A stretch of 64,000 nt of DNA, from positions 158,719 through 222,718 of the forward strand of contig JACUUF010000001.1 of NCBI GenBank assembly GCA_014859465.1, written 5' to 3'. Both the position numbers and the translations under genes were made by a program. Source of the DNA: Methyloprofundus sp. GTDB taxonomy: Bacteria > Pseudomonadota > Gammaproteobacteria > Methylococcales > Methylomonadaceae. Of the stretch, positions 19,495-30,009 are shown piece after piece. The stretch's first letter is position 1, and every line of letters starts with the position of its first letter. The notes below the pieces were generated by a model. It worked only from the letters and a program-made list of their open reading frames with translations, ran no database searches and was not told the origin of the DNA.

Positions 19495-19980
19495 TTAGTT
19501 AGTCTGGTTGCTTTGATTGCTTAAATCGGCATCAGGAAGGTAATCCAAGCCAGGACAAGATTTTATGTCAGTATCTTTATCGGAAGTACTCCCCTGATCT
19601 TTCATTAAAGCCTTTGGCTCTCTATTTCCCCCTAGTGACTGACAGCCAGTATCGGGAAAGGCTTTTCCTGAAAGGGTTGTAAATTTAAACCTACTTCTTT
19701 CCAAAGGAGTATCCTCTGTCTTTTCATTTCTAAGCTTCTGACGCTCTTTTAATAATTCCTTCTTACGGTATAAGCTAATTGCAGGTGACTGACTATTTTC
19801 TCTGTAATCGGAGTAAATCGTTTTGCCTAATACGAAAAAAGAAGCTCCAAATGCAACAAAAGGATAAACGGCCGGGCCCATAACGGCAGCAGCCCCCAAG
19901 CTAAGAGCAATGCCTGTATTCATACCTTTCGTATTTTTGTAAAACAGATTGTCTGCCACTTTAAAAAGGGAATTCAGCAT
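19495..19980 (-). CDS. Hypothetical membrane protein
   Basis: Hydrophobic hairpin near the N-terminus. Confidence 0.6.
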   Translation of the reverse strand: MLNSLFKVADNLFYKNTKGMNTGIALSLGAAAVMGPAVYPFVAFGASFFVLGKTIYSDYRENSQSPAISLYRKKELLKERQKLRNEKTEDTPLERSRFKFTTLSGKAFPDTGCQSLGGNREPKALMKDQGSTSDKDTDIKSCPGLDYLPDADLSNQSNQTN

Positions 19981-20051
19981 TTTTTCATGTTCACTTTAAA
20001 AACTTAATAATGAACATTATAGCATCTTGGAACAGCTTAACTTATTCAAAC

Positions 20052-20639
20052 CTATCTTGAATGTCGATTATAAGTCAATGTGCAATAGGCTCTTCCACTA
20101 ATATTTCTAATAGAAAAGGCCTGATTTAAGCCTTTCTTATAATCACGCGTTGTCCCAACAATATTTGAACAGTTACTTCTTGAAAGGGAGGTGTCCTTTA
20201 TAGAGCATATAGAAACAGTTTGCCCATCAAAAAAACCATAAACCTCTCCAGCATTTAATACGGAAGAGTTTCGCTTATAGAACATGTCAGAACTGTCCCA
20301 CATGCCTATAACCATGTCCAGTGGCGTTGGTTCAATTTGATAATCTCGATAAACCCCTCTAAGCACACACTGGACACGCTCACCAAAGGATGCACTGTCT
20401 CGTCTAGCGTTCATTATCTCAATTTCTCTCAATTCAGCTTCTTTCTGAATTCTAAGCCTCTCATTTCTTTCAATTTCTTTTGCCAAGTCAATTTCAGCTT
20501 GCTGCTTTCTGGCTTGAATCTTTTCTTCAGTACTTAATAGGCTCCACTCTGAGTCACTTAAGCCCATTGGATTTGATGCACACCCAGAAAGAGATAATAA
20601 TAAGAACACCCAAATAAATATAAAGTTAAACTTTTTCAT
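20052..20639 (-). CDS. Lipoprotein downstream of the T2SS cluster
   Basis: Lipobox LSGC; coiled segment followed by a Cys-containing beta domain. Confidence 0.8.
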   Translation of the reverse strand: MKKFNFIFIWVFLLLSLSGCASNPMGLSDSEWSLLSTEEKIQARKQQAEIDLAKEIERNERLRIQKEAELREIEIMNARRDSASFGERVQCVLRGVYRDYQIEPTPLDMVIGMWDSSDMFYKRNSSVLNAGEVYGFFDGQTVSICSIKDTSLSRSNCSNIVGTTRDYKKGLNQAFSIRNISGRAYCTLTYNRHSR

Positions 20640-20706
20640 AATATAAAAACCTCACATAAAAAATTAAAAAAATTATATATTAAAAACAAAAATTAATATA
20701 TAAGAA

Positions 20707-21894
20707 TTATAAGCTAGACATGTCTAACATCGGAAGCATGATCGATAAAATCACAAGAAGAACCAAGCCACCAACAAATAAAATCAAGACAGGCTCAAAA
20801 AGACTCATAAAGGCTTTAATCCTTTCCTCCATGTCTTTCTCATGTTGTTTCCCAATCCTGTAGAAAACCTTCTCTACGTTCGCTGTCCTTTCGGCCGCTT
20901 CAACAAGCCCTAAATCAATATGGCTAAAAAAAGACTCCTTGCTCATTGAGCCACTTATAGAGTCACCCCTCTCTAAACTCTCAAAAATCCTTTCTATCAC
21001 TCTTGAAACAAAGTAACTCCTACTTACCCCAGATGAGGATCGAACAGCATCAACAATACTTGTCCCACTACCAACCGAAACAGAAACAAATCTAAACCAC
21101 CTAGAGGAAAAGTAGCTGTAAAGAAGAGGACCAACGTAAGGAGTCGAAAACACCAGTCTCCCAGTAAACTCCCTATACTTTAAAGACCAGGATAGAGCCA
21201 AGTAATGAGTAAAGATAATCAACATGACTAAGGTGATAATCAAGTAACCCTTGCTTGAAATAAAACTAGAGAAACTCAAGACCCACTCAGTGATGGCTGG
21301 CAACTCTCTTCCATTCTTTGATAAACTTTCTGACATCTTTGGCACAAGATAAATGACCATTAAAACAAGCATCAGTAGTGAAATACTGATCATAAAAAGC
21401 GGATAGTAAAGAGCATGAATCATTTTTTTCACGACTAGTCTCTCATCTTCCATCATGGAAACGGAATGGTTAATCACTGAAGAAAAATTTCCACTTTCTT
21501 CAGCTGCTTTTATCATTGACAGCAGCTTTTGATTAACCCTGAAGCCGCTTTTTAAAATAGAATCATGAAAGCTAAAGCCTTCTGACAAATTTTCATATAC
21601 AGTCTTGGAAAAAGATATTAATGATTTACTTTTCAAGCTCTTTTGGATCGACTTAATCGCAAAATCAATCGTTGACCCACTATCAATAAAAAGACTGACT
21701 TGAGACAGAAACAATAAAAACTCTTCATTCTTAAGTGCGGGCCTGATAGATAAATAGTTTTTAGAAACACTGATAACTACGCCATATCTAGATTTTCCAA
21801 TTACATAAGCCTCACTCTTATCTTTGGCTAAAACATTAAATACCTGTTCTCTTCCTTCATAAAAAACTTTCAAATTATAATTAGTCAAAACCAA
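20707..21894 (-). CDS. gspF: Type II secretion inner-membrane platform protein F
   Basis: AAEESG, ALYYP, AAERT, LFEPVLILFVGG, IMLPM; GspF/PilC topology. Confidence 0.9.
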   Translation of the reverse strand: MVLTNYNLKVFYEGREQVFNVLAKDKSEAYVIGKSRYGVVISVSKNYLSIRPALKNEEFLLFLSQVSLFIDSGSTIDFAIKSIQKSLKSKSLISFSKTVYENLSEGFSFHDSILKSGFRVNQKLLSMIKAAEESGNFSSVINHSVSMMEDERLVVKKMIHALYYPLFMISISLLMLVLMVIYLVPKMSESLSKNGRELPAITEWVLSFSSFISSKGYLIITLVMLIIFTHYLALSWSLKYREFTGRLVFSTPYVGPLLYSYFSSRWFRFVSVSVGSGTSIVDAVRSSSGVSRSYFVSRVIERIFESLERGDSISGSMSKESFFSHIDLGLVEAAERTANVEKVFYRIGKQHEKDMEERIKAFMSLFEPVLILFVGGLVLLVILSIMLPMLDMSSL

Positions 21895-23236
21895 TTCCCC
21901 TTAAGACTTCATCAATTGAGGTATGGCCAGATTTAACCAGAGAAAGAGCTGATCCTTTTAGCGTTAAACCCTTCTCTACAATCGAATCAAATAAATCTTC
22001 TTCACTTGCTTTTTGATGGATCAGCTTTTTAATATTAGAGTCAATAATCAGTACTTCATAGATTGGAGCCTGTCCTTTGTATCCTGTTCCATTACAAGAC
22101 TTGCATCCGCACGCCTTGAATGCCCTCTTAAGACCTCCGGAAAACTCTCTCTCATAATCTTCAAGGTCAACCTCTTCCTTACATTCCTTACACAAAACCC
22201 TTAAAAGCCTCTGAGAGATAACCCCGCTAATACTGGCGCTAATCAAAACAGGATCAAGCCCCATATCAACCAGTCTGGCAACAGAACCAGCTGATGTATT
22301 AGTATGAAGCGTCGTAAGAACAAGGTGGCCCGTTAGTGAGGACTGAATTGCTATCTTAGCCGTCTCAGGGTCCCTGATCTCACCTATCATTAGCACATCT
22401 GGATCCTGCCTTAATATAGATCTAAGGCCTGAAGAAAAAGTCATTCCTACTTTCTCGTTAACTTGAGTTTGAGAAATCCCCTTTAAGTCATACTCAACCG
22501 GATCTTCAATCGTCATAATGTTAAGACCTTCATCCTTAACATGTTCAATTCCAGCATAAAGCGTTGTTGTTTTTCCTGATCCAGTGGGGCCGCTTAAAAT
22601 AACAACGCCATGCTTTTTAGCCAAAAAATCACGATATATGGACTTTACTTTCTCCGGCATTCCTAGCCCATCAATCGAAAGCTTTTCAGATCGCTTATCC
22701 AGAATTCGAATAACTATACGTTCACCCGATGAGACCGGAATAAATGAAACCCTAAGGTCAAACTTACCTTCGTCGACAGCAAACGAAATCCTTCCATCTT
22801 GAGGGAGTCTAGTTTCAGAAATATCAAGACCAGACATAATCTTAATTCGTGAGCTAACCATTAATGAAAGATTGCTGTCAAAGGAGTCTATTATTTTTAA
22901 AACGCCATCAATCCTTGCTCTAACGACAGTTTCATCTTCAAAAGGTTCGATATGAACATCTGATGCGTTGGAAGAAATTGCAGATTTTAGTATTGAATTA
23001 ACCGTATCCACCGCCGGGGAAAGAGAACTACCTCTTTTATCAAACTTCCCGATTTCTCTATCCTTTGAAACATCGGTCGCCTCGCCGTCATTATTAAGCG
23101 ACATGGCTAAAAACTCATCCTTTGACACTTGGACAATAGCAAGATCACCTAAATCGTGCTTCAATGAAGCATCCATATAGGCAACATGATCAAATTCACC
23201 TGTATAAACAAATGCGTTATTAACAATCTTAAACAT
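21881..23236 (-). CDS. gspE: Type II secretion ATPase E
   Basis: ASDVHIEP, GPTGSGKTTTLY, TIEDPVEY, LRQDPD, GEIRD, LTGHLV; CxxC...CxxC. Confidence 0.95.
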   Translation of the reverse strand: MFKIVNNAFVYTGEFDHVAYMDASLKHDLGDLAIVQVSKDEFLAMSLNNDGEATDVSKDREIGKFDKRGSSLSPAVDTVNSILKSAISSNASDVHIEPFEDETVVRARIDGVLKIIDSFDSNLSLMVSSRIKIMSGLDISETRLPQDGRISFAVDEGKFDLRVSFIPVSSGERIVIRILDKRSEKLSIDGLGMPEKVKSIYRDFLAKKHGVVILSGPTGSGKTTTLYAGIEHVKDEGLNIMTIEDPVEYDLKGISQTQVNEKVGMTFSSGLRSILRQDPDVLMIGEIRDPETAKIAIQSSLTGHLVLTTLHTNTSAGSVARLVDMGLDPVLISASISGVISQRLLRVLCKECKEEVDLEDYEREFSGGLKRAFKACGCKSCNGTGYKGQAPIYEVLIIDSNIKKLIHQKASEEDLFDSIVEKGLTLKGSALSLVKSGHTSIDEVLRGIGFD

Positions 23237-25050
23237 TATTCAGAATCCTTCGAATAACGACGCATTAAGAAACTTAAATCTTCAGAGACAAGCTCTTCAA
23301 TGGAGGATCTTTTGCGGTTTTCGCCGAAAGGATAATCACTTCTAAACCGACTAGCATCACTGAATTCTCTATTTGAAAATAAGGTCGAGTCTTGATCGCT
23401 TTTCATGATCTGAGGTCGAATAAAAACAATCAAGTTAACTTTTTCGGTTTTAACACTTGTTGATCTAAATAACCCGCCTACCCAAGGAATATCACCAAGC
23501 AACGGAACCTTATTATTAATATCTGTTTCTTTCTCGCTTTTTAAACCTCCTAAAACAACCACCTCGCCATCTGAAGCCACTACTCGTGTTACGATTTGTC
23601 GCATAGATGTCTCTATATCAACCGCATCCCCTCTGTCCAGTACGTCAGACGTCTCTTGATCTATATCAAGAAGTATCTTTCCTCCTTTTGAAACCTGAGG
23701 TCTAACCTTTAATTTAACCCCCACGCTCTTTCTTTCAATTGTCGTAAAAGGATTAACGCCTGAGCCTGCTGTGGTTGAAAAACTTCCTGTCTGGAAAGGG
23801 ACTTCCCTACCTACAACAATTCTAGCCTCCTGATTGTCCATCGTCATAACACGCGGAGTAGATAGAATGTTTGCACCTGAATGCGTGGTAAGTGCATTCA
23901 AAAGAGCACCCCATCCAGTATTACCAAAGCTGGACCCTCCAACAGTCAAACCTCTTGGCGCCTCAGAAAGCACATCAGATGGCTGGATAGAACCCGATAT
24001 CAAGGGTAGATTATTGGATAAATTAAGAAAACCCACTCCATTACTTCCTACTGCAGCCCAATCAACCCCTATCTGCTCAAATAGACTATCTGAAACTTCG
24101 ACAATAATGGCCTCGATCGCAACTTGATCTTTCTCCTTGTCAAGCTGTCTAATAATGCTTTCAACTGAGATTTTATCTTTTGAGTTAGCATTAATAACGA
24201 TTGAATTTGATGGGTTATCCTCTTTTAAAGTTATCCTTTCTTGCATAGACTGAGAAAGCATCTCCCTCAGCACCAAAATCATCTCAGATGACTTTGAATG
24301 ATTTAAAGAGTAAACGCTTAGCCTCTCAGAATCCCTCTCAGAATCACTGTCAAACTCATTCAAAAAAGAAGAAATTCGAGAAACCTGATGCGGTGCACCA
24401 TTAATTACTAATCGATTTCCAGCTTCGTCCTCCGATATGTTCACATCTTTTAAATCAAAACCTTCAAGTGCTTTCAATGCTGAAAAAGAAGATGTATTGA
24501 CCAGATTGATTGAATGAGTAATCAGTTCCTTATCCACAAGCTCTATAACTTTAATTATAGAGGCCTCGTTTCCTCTCTTAATTCGACCAATAATGACAGA
24601 GGAGGCGTCGTTAGCAACAAGCGACTCCCCTTGCTTCTGATCAAGAACAGGTGAAAGAACAGGAATAACAGAGCTTGGCTTGGTGTGCTTTAGGTAATGG
24701 CTAAACATAATTAAACCTTGAGAGCCAATCGTAGAGTTCGATAACAAAGGTCGCCCTTGAACTCTTGACGGTCTTACTTGATAAAACCCATTTAGCTCAA
24801 CCAACTCTAAACCCTGGGACTCAAGCACCTCACCAAGAAGCAAGGTTGGATTCTCGAATTTTGAGGCCGTCTTTGAAGAAATGTTGATCACACCATTAAC
24901 ATCAGGATCAATTAGATAAGTTTCTCCAGTCAACTTTGAAAATGCCTCAATCACCTCTCGAACGGGTGTCTCATTAAACTCAATCTCCACACCTTTTGCA
25001 TAAGGTATTGAAGTTATGGAGAAAAAAACAAAAAAACTAAACCACTTCAT
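23236..25050 (-). CDS. gspD: Type II secretion secretin D
   Basis: Signal peptide, N domains, QVAIEAIIVEV, VGREVPF, KVPLLGDIPWVGGLF, FIRPQI. Confidence 0.93.
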   Translation of the reverse strand: MKWFSFFVFFSITSIPYAKGVEIEFNETPVREVIEAFSKLTGETYLIDPDVNGVINISSKTASKFENPTLLLGEVLESQGLELVELNGFYQVRPSRVQGRPLLSNSTIGSQGLIMFSHYLKHTKPSSVIPVLSPVLDQKQGESLVANDASSVIIGRIKRGNEASIIKVIELVDKELITHSINLVNTSSFSALKALEGFDLKDVNISEDEAGNRLVINGAPHQVSRISSFLNEFDSDSERDSERLSVYSLNHSKSSEMILVLREMLSQSMQERITLKEDNPSNSIVINANSKDKISVESIIRQLDKEKDQVAIEAIIVEVSDSLFEQIGVDWAAVGSNGVGFLNLSNNLPLISGSIQPSDVLSEAPRGLTVGGSSFGNTGWGALLNALTTHSGANILSTPRVMTMDNQEARIVVGREVPFQTGSFSTTAGSGVNPFTTIERKSVGVKLKVRPQVSKGGKILLDIDQETSDVLDRGDAVDIETSMRQIVTRVVASDGEVVVLGGLKSEKETDINNKVPLLGDIPWVGGLFRSTSVKTEKVNLIVFIRPQIMKSDQDSTLFSNREFSDASRFRSDYPFGENRKRSSIEELVSEDLSFLMRRYSKDSE

Positions 25051-25063
25051 ATATTCCCTTAAA

Positions 25064-25807
25064 TCACTTAATTTCTAAAATAAAATCTAAAACTTCATAA
25101 TCTCTCAAAATTTTAATATCCCAAGAGTCCATCCTTAAAATACTTAACACCTCAGATGGGTTTCTGGATATTATTGGCACAGGGCGCCCGTTAACATGAG
25201 TAATCATATCCGTCTCATAAAGCCCGAGATCTGACAATTTTAAATCACCTTTACTTTTAAGATAAAAACCAATATTTCGACCTTTATTACCAACCATTTT
25301 AATCTCAAAATGTCTAAGAAAATTTACAGGGTTTCTTAAACTAGAGTAAACAGCGTCATCTAAAACCACCTTCTCTCCATTTTTGATCGATTTGTCAGGC
25401 TTTAACTCAGAAGAAAAAGGCTCATCCTTAGCTTGTACAGATAATATATTTCCCGAATTTATCAAATAAGCATGACCATCTTCATACTTAAACAAAAATC
25501 CATTTAATTCGTCATTATCTTTTACAGCGTATGTTTTTCCATTGTACCTTATAACATACACTATTTCACCGCTATGTTTTATTCGGCCTGTGACCTCAAC
25601 TTCCAGTCTTTCCTTGCCAGAAAATGATGAGGACGTAAATAACTGATCTGAAAGTCTATAAACACCTGAATCAAAGTAATGACCAGGCACATCCTTGCTT
25701 TCTGATTCTGAATATTTCTTGTATTCAATGCCGCCAAACATAAAATAAAAAAACAAAGGGATTGATGATGATAAAACAAAAATAATGACAAATTTTATAT
25801 TTTTAAT
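25064..25807 (-). CDS. gspC: Type II secretion protein C-like (C-terminal PDZ)
   Basis: LGLYETDMITHVNG PDZ-like motif, directly upstream of gspD. The ORF track starts at TTG 25756, but the frame stays open through a hydrophobic segment to ATT 25807, behind GGAG. Confidence 0.65.
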   Translation of the reverse strand: MKNIKFVIIFVLSSSIPLFFYFMFGGIEYKKYSESESKDVPGHYFDSGVYRLSDQLFTSSSFSGKERLEVEVTGRIKHSGEIVYVIRYNGKTYAVKDNDELNGFLFKYEDGHAYLINSGNILSVQAKDEPFSSELKPDKSIKNGEKVVLDDAVYSSLRNPVNFLRHFEIKMVGNKGRNIGFYLKSKGDLKLSDLGLYETDMITHVNGRPVPIISRNPSEVLSILRMDSWDIKILRDYEVLDFILEIK

Positions 25808-26147
25808 AATTAGTCTCCAATGCTTTAACTGTCAATCTATAATGTTGATTATCTGACGACAATATATTAAATTCAACAATTTCATGTTTAGATCTTTCTA
25901 GAAGCTCTAGATAAAAGAAAATCTCACCGAGTGAACTCGAAGTGTAAACTTCTTTAGCCTCAATGCTATCAGGTGACTTAATTTTAATTTTTGCATCAAG
26001 TAAAAACGACCTAATTTCATATATCTTACTCATGGATAAATCATGATTTCTTTTTTCAGATAAATAATAATCAGAAAAAATGTAAAAAGCATAAGAAAAC
26101 AGGAATACAAAAAAAACTATCAGTAATATCTGCTCTCTTCTGCTCAT
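25803..26147 (-). CDS. gspM: GspM-like protein
   Basis: MSRREQILL plus TM helix (the typical RE-TM start); located after gspL. Confidence 0.6.
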   Translation of the reverse strand: MSRREQILLIVFFVFLFSYAFYIFSDYYLSEKRNHDLSMSKIYEIRSFLLDAKIKIKSPDSIEAKEVYTSSSLGEIFFYLELLERSKHEIVEFNILSSDNQHYRLTVKALETNY

Positions 26148-27004
26148 GGCTTGCCTCCCAGTATTTTTAGATATGGAAATTTACTATCAATGCCAGCTTT
26201 GCCAGCCTTTATATAGTTTTTTTCATCCAGATCCAATGAAAACACACCATCACTATATTCAAAGCTTTTAACTACAATTCCCTGAGCCTCTACCTCTTTC
26301 ATAATTAATAACCCCTTATAAAAAACGGAACCTCTCATTTCTTCATCATATAGCTTGAGGTTAAAGGAAGCCTGAGACTTCATATCGACAATCTTTCTAT
26401 CGCCTGGGAAAACTTCAAAGTAAAGCTTATTGTTTTCCTGTGCAGCTTTAGATTCTATTGATTTCATCTCATTTAGATCACCCCAAAAGAGAAGCAAGGA
26501 CACAACAGCAGCCAGAAAAAAAGAGAACAAAGAAAAGGCTGCCAAAAAACCAGTACCAAGCTCAGTTCTAAAAACAAAGAGATCTCGACTATCGGGACGA
26601 CTGAGAAGACTAGACTCTTTAAACTCAATACCGTTAAATGAATCTACTAAACTTTTAAACTGGGAAGCATCTACCCATCCTGCCTTCAAACCCTTTCGAT
26701 AAATAATTAAATTCGAATCAATATTGGATTCTGACCAATAAAAAACACCATCATCATTCATTGGTAGCAATGAATACTCTGGAGCGCAAGATTTGAAAAA
26801 CCCCCTGGTAGATAAAAGACCAATCATCCCTACGGCATGCATATCGCCTTCATCGATACTGATAACCCTGGCTTCTTTTGGAAAAAGGGTCGCATTTGAT
26901 CCTGAAACCCAATCCAAAATAACCGCTTTTTCAATGCTTTTCTTATCAGCAAAGTCGAAAGAAGAGGTCTTAAATAAAAAAAGCTTAGATGAAATAATTT
27001 TCAC
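26144..27004 (-). CDS. gspL: GspL-like protein
   Basis: Cytoplasmic domain, single TM, then YFEVFPGDRKIVDMKSQ (GspL periplasmic FP...IV motif). Confidence 0.65.
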   Translation of the reverse strand: MKIISSKLFLFKTSSFDFADKKSIEKAVILDWVSGSNATLFPKEARVISIDEGDMHAVGMIGLLSTRGFFKSCAPEYSLLPMNDDGVFYWSESNIDSNLIIYRKGLKAGWVDASQFKSLVDSFNGIEFKESSLLSRPDSRDLFVFRTELGTGFLAAFSLFSFFLAAVVSLLLFWGDLNEMKSIESKAAQENNKLYFEVFPGDRKIVDMKSQASFNLKLYDEEMRGSVFYKGLLIMKEVEAQGIVVKSFEYSDGVFSLDLDEKNYIKAGKAGIDSKFPYLKILGGKP

Positions 27005-27806
27005 GACTTACCTTTAAGCTAATAAACCTTTTTTCATCAGGCTTGTATTGATAAATAACTTCTTGATAGGAGACATCTTCCCCTCTCGTTAAAACCTTAG
27101 AAGAAACAAAGAAATAATCAATCTCTGACTCAATAAAGAAAAACGACTTCCATCCCTCCATAATCTCAGAAAAATCTAAAGTAGCGCTAAGGGCGGACAA
27201 AGCCTTAGCTTTATCCGCTCCGAAATAACCACCAGAGTTAGCCAGTTTTGCAAGAGCCAGCTTATCTGCATTAATATCACCAAGAACCACCCTCATGATT
27301 AGGTCATCAGCCCTAAATGGGTCTAATGATGTTTCTGATGGGAGTGAAGTTATAAACGCCTCAAGAAGATTAAAATCTCTTTCAGACAAGAATCCCCTGG
27401 AAATCAGTTCCTCTGGAATAAGTACCGGCTGTGACTCTGACAACATCTCAACCCATAAGGATGAGACTGAGAGGGTTGATGAAAGACCTTTTAGCAACTC
27501 CTTCCAATTGTCGCTGTAAAAGACATTATTAATATTAACCTTTAACCCTGACTTATAAAGACTTCCATTAACGATAGAGTCATTTATTTCAAAAGAAACT
27601 GATTTCTCAAGACTCCCTCTTTGCATTTCCCTTAAAGCCATAGATTCAAAAGAGTAATGCGCTGCCTCTGAAACTAATTCAAGCCTAGCCTTTTCAGAAG
27701 CATCCGTTATCGAATCGAGATTCTCGGTCATCAAAACGAACAGGAATGAAAGTAACCCAATGACAGCCAAAACCTGCACAAGAACAAATCCTTTTTGACC
27801 CATCAT
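26985..27806 (-). CDS. gspK: Minor pseudopilin K
   Basis: MMGQKG|FVLVQVL class III signal lacking E5; KVNINN and FITSLP motifs. Start placed at ATG 27806. Confidence 0.7.
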   Translation of the reverse strand: MMGQKGFVLVQVLAVIGLLSFLFVLMTENLDSITDASEKARLELVSEAAHYSFESMALREMQRGSLEKSVSFEINDSIVNGSLYKSGLKVNINNVFYSDNWKELLKGLSSTLSVSSLWVEMLSESQPVLIPEELISRGFLSERDFNLLEAFITSLPSETSLDPFRADDLIMRVVLGDINADKLALAKLANSGGYFGADKAKALSALSATLDFSEIMEGWKSFFFIESEIDYFFVSSKVLTRGEDVSYQEVIYQYKPDEKRFISLKVSRENYFI

Positions 27807-27813
27807 ATCTTGC

Positions 27814-28416
27814 TTACTTAAATCCACGAACAACCCTCTCATATACCTGGCCAGAAAGTATTAACTTCACTCGATAGTACCCTAGAAACAAGCCGCCCTC
27901 TCCCAGGTTATAATCAATTAATAAGCTTGACACCCCTTTATGAATTAACACCCAGTCATAAGTATTAGAACCCTCTCTAACAACTCCCTTCTCAAGACCT
28001 TCTTTTGAAACTCGGTATGCCACTTTGACCAGTTTGCGGCTGCTATTATTCTTATGGCTATTTTGAATATAATTAAATTCATACCCTGACAACTGGTCAA
28101 AAACAATTCTCTCATCACCTCTTACTTGATTAAGCATCGTCCTTTCAATATCCTCCAGCACTTCATGAACTTCATTGTCAATCTGTTCATTGTGAGATAT
28201 TGACTCAACACCCTTGACAATCTGTTGATTAACAATGGTATAAAGAACCAGTGAAATAATTGAAAAAATAAGCAGAGATATCAAAACCTCAGCTAAAGTA
28301 AATCCTCTTTGATTTGAGTTTCTAATCCTAAGGAGCTGATTTTCTAAATTATTTGATAACAATTTCAATGCCTGTCCCGCCATTAGAAAAGGTATACAAT
28401 CTATAAGCCTCCTCAC
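27814..28416 (-). CDS. gspJ: Minor pseudopilin J
   Basis: QRG|FTLAEVLISLLIF; true start probably downstream of the ORF-track start. Confidence 0.7.
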   Translation of the reverse strand: MRRLIDCIPFLMAGQALKLLSNNLENQLLRIRNSNQRGFTLAEVLISLLIFSIISLVLYTIVNQQIVKGVESISHNEQIDNEVHEVLEDIERTMLNQVRGDERIVFDQLSGYEFNYIQNSHKNNSSRKLVKVAYRVSKEGLEKGVVREGSNTYDWVLIHKGVSSLLIDYNLGEGGLFLGYYRVKLILSGQVYERVVRGFK

Positions 28417-28666
28417 CTATCATTAATGAACGATAGCTTACTGCGCTATCTAAATGCCCGGTCGACTGAGCGGATCGGATACTGTTCATTATCTCTTTAT
28501 AAGAATTTAAACTTGACACTGCTTTAGAGTTTCTATCAAACAAGTAATCAAATCCATTAATCAAGGGAATTATTGTTACAGATAAAATCAAAACAGATAC
28601 CAAACCCTCAATCAAAGCAAATCCACCTTGAAATTTCTTTGGATCAGTAGCTCTTTTCATAATCAT
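28349..28666 (-). CDS. gspI: Minor pseudopilin (I-like)
   Basis: GG|FALIEGLVSVLIL, 105 aa. Confidence 0.6.
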   Translation of the reverse strand: MIMKRATDPKKFQGGFALIEGLVSVLILSVTIIPLINGFDYLFDRNSKAVSSLNSYKEIMNSIRSAQSTGHLDSAVSYRSLMIGEEAYRLYTFSNGGTGIEIVIK

Positions 28667-29127
28667 CGACTAAGCTTCCAGTTTCTTACCCAGTTTTCCT
28701 CGTTCTCACTTGAAAGGTTGCCCATTTTTGAATAGAGATCAAAGTCACCATGATTACCAGGGGATAGATATAAATATGGCTGCCCCCAAGGATCACTTGG
28801 CACCTCTTCCATATAGGATTTCCAGTTAGTAGGTGTTGGCTCAATTTCCGGCTTCTCAACTAAAGCTGAAATCCCCTGTTGAGTCGTGGGATATCGACCA
28901 TTGTCTAACCGATAAAGCTTTAAAGCTGACTGTATTTGCCTAATATCTATCTCGGCCGCCATGACTCTTGCCTCATCGGGACGGTCCATTAGCTTAGGAA
29001 TGGCTATTCCAGCCAATATAGCAAGTATAGCCACAACAACAGCCAGTTCAAGCAAAGTAAACCCGCCCTGGCTTCCATTCTTAAGATTTCGAAACCCTTT
29101 ACCAGGTTTTCCGTTAGTAACTCGCAT
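28663..29127 (-). CDS. gspG: Major pseudopilin G
   Basis: GG|FTLLELAVVVAILAILA, ALKLYRLDNGRYPTTQQG, DPWGQPYLY. Confidence 0.95.
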   Translation of the reverse strand: MRVTNGKPGKGFRNLKNGSQGGFTLLELAVVVAILAILAGIAIPKLMDRPDEARVMAAEIDIRQIQSALKLYRLDNGRYPTTQQGISALVEKPEIEPTPTNWKSYMEEVPSDPWGQPYLYLSPGNHGDFDLYSKMGNLSSENEENWVRNWKLSR

Positions 29128-29257
29128 TATTTCAACTCCGTAGTAAAATTTAAAGTAACTTTATTTTATAAGATATATTGTATTCTAGCAATAAAATGTT
29201 GCAGGCGTGTCTATTATTGTTTAATATACAATAGAGCATATTAAAGAGAGAAATCCT

Positions 29258-29587
29258 ATGTATAATCATAACAATGAAGAGTGGCGAAAAGCGATCGAAA
29301 GCTCAGCTTATAGTGTAAGAGCAATTTCACAGAAATTCTCAATCTCATCATCCACTATAGCTAGATGGATGAGCTCTGAAGATGTAAAAGTAAGGGACCC
29401 TGAAAAAGCAAAAGAAATACTTTCTGAAATCAAAGCCGGACCAAAAAGAATGCCTTACCACCCTTCTTACGGATACGCCACCCCGGATCAGGTTGATGCG
29501 CTTGCTACACTTAATATAGGCCCCAATAGAAATGAGGTCATGAGAACTATAAAGAAGCAGTATCAAAAACAGGGCAAGGTTCTATAG
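29258..29587 (+). CDS. Putative HTH DNA-binding protein
   Basis: SVRAISQKFSISSSTIARW helix-turn-helix; divergent from gspG. Confidence 0.65.
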   Translation: MYNHNNEEWRKAIESSAYSVRAISQKFSISSSTIARWMSSEDVKVRDPEKAKEILSEIKAGPKRMPYHPSYGYATPDQVDALATLNIGPNRNEVMRTIKKQYQKQGKVL

Positions 29588-29590
29588 TTT

Positions 29591-30001
29591 ATGAAAAGGA
29601 AAGACATAAAGTTTCTTGTTGTCGATGACTTCGCAACCATGAGAAGGATTGTAAAAAACCTTTTAAAGGACAATGGATTCGAGAATATTGATGAGGCTGG
29701 CGATGGTCATACAGCTTGGCCAATGATTCAAGGCGGAAGCTATGATTTTATTATAAGCGACTGGAATATGCCTATTAAAACTGGTATCGAGCTATTAAGG
29801 CTTACAAGATCTTCTGATAAGCCTTTGATTAAAGATCTACCTTTTATGTTAATTACAGCCGAGCAGAAGCGCAGCCAGATACTTGAAGCGGCTCAGGCAG
29901 GCGTGGATGGTTACATAGTTAAGCCTTTTACATCTGCTACTCTAAATGAAAAAATGACAAAAATCTTCGAAAGAAAAATGCCTAACTTACAAAAATTTTA
30001 G
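29591..30001 (+). CDS. cheY: CheY-like single-domain response regulator
   Basis: FLVVDDFATMRRIVKNLL, ISDWNMP, LITAE, AGVDGYIVKPF. Confidence 0.9.
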   Translation: MKRKDIKFLVVDDFATMRRIVKNLLKDNGFENIDEAGDGHTAWPMIQGGSYDFIISDWNMPIKTGIELLRLTRSSDKPLIKDLPFMLITAEQKRSQILEAAQAGVDGYIVKPFTSATLNEKMTKIFERKMPNLQKF

Positions 30002-30009
30002 AGCTTAAA

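Noticed and set aside
20707-29127. Type IV pilus or conjugative pilus cluster
   Set aside because: GspG signature, GspK/L/C-like genes and the absence of PilT or PilM/N/O favour T2SS.
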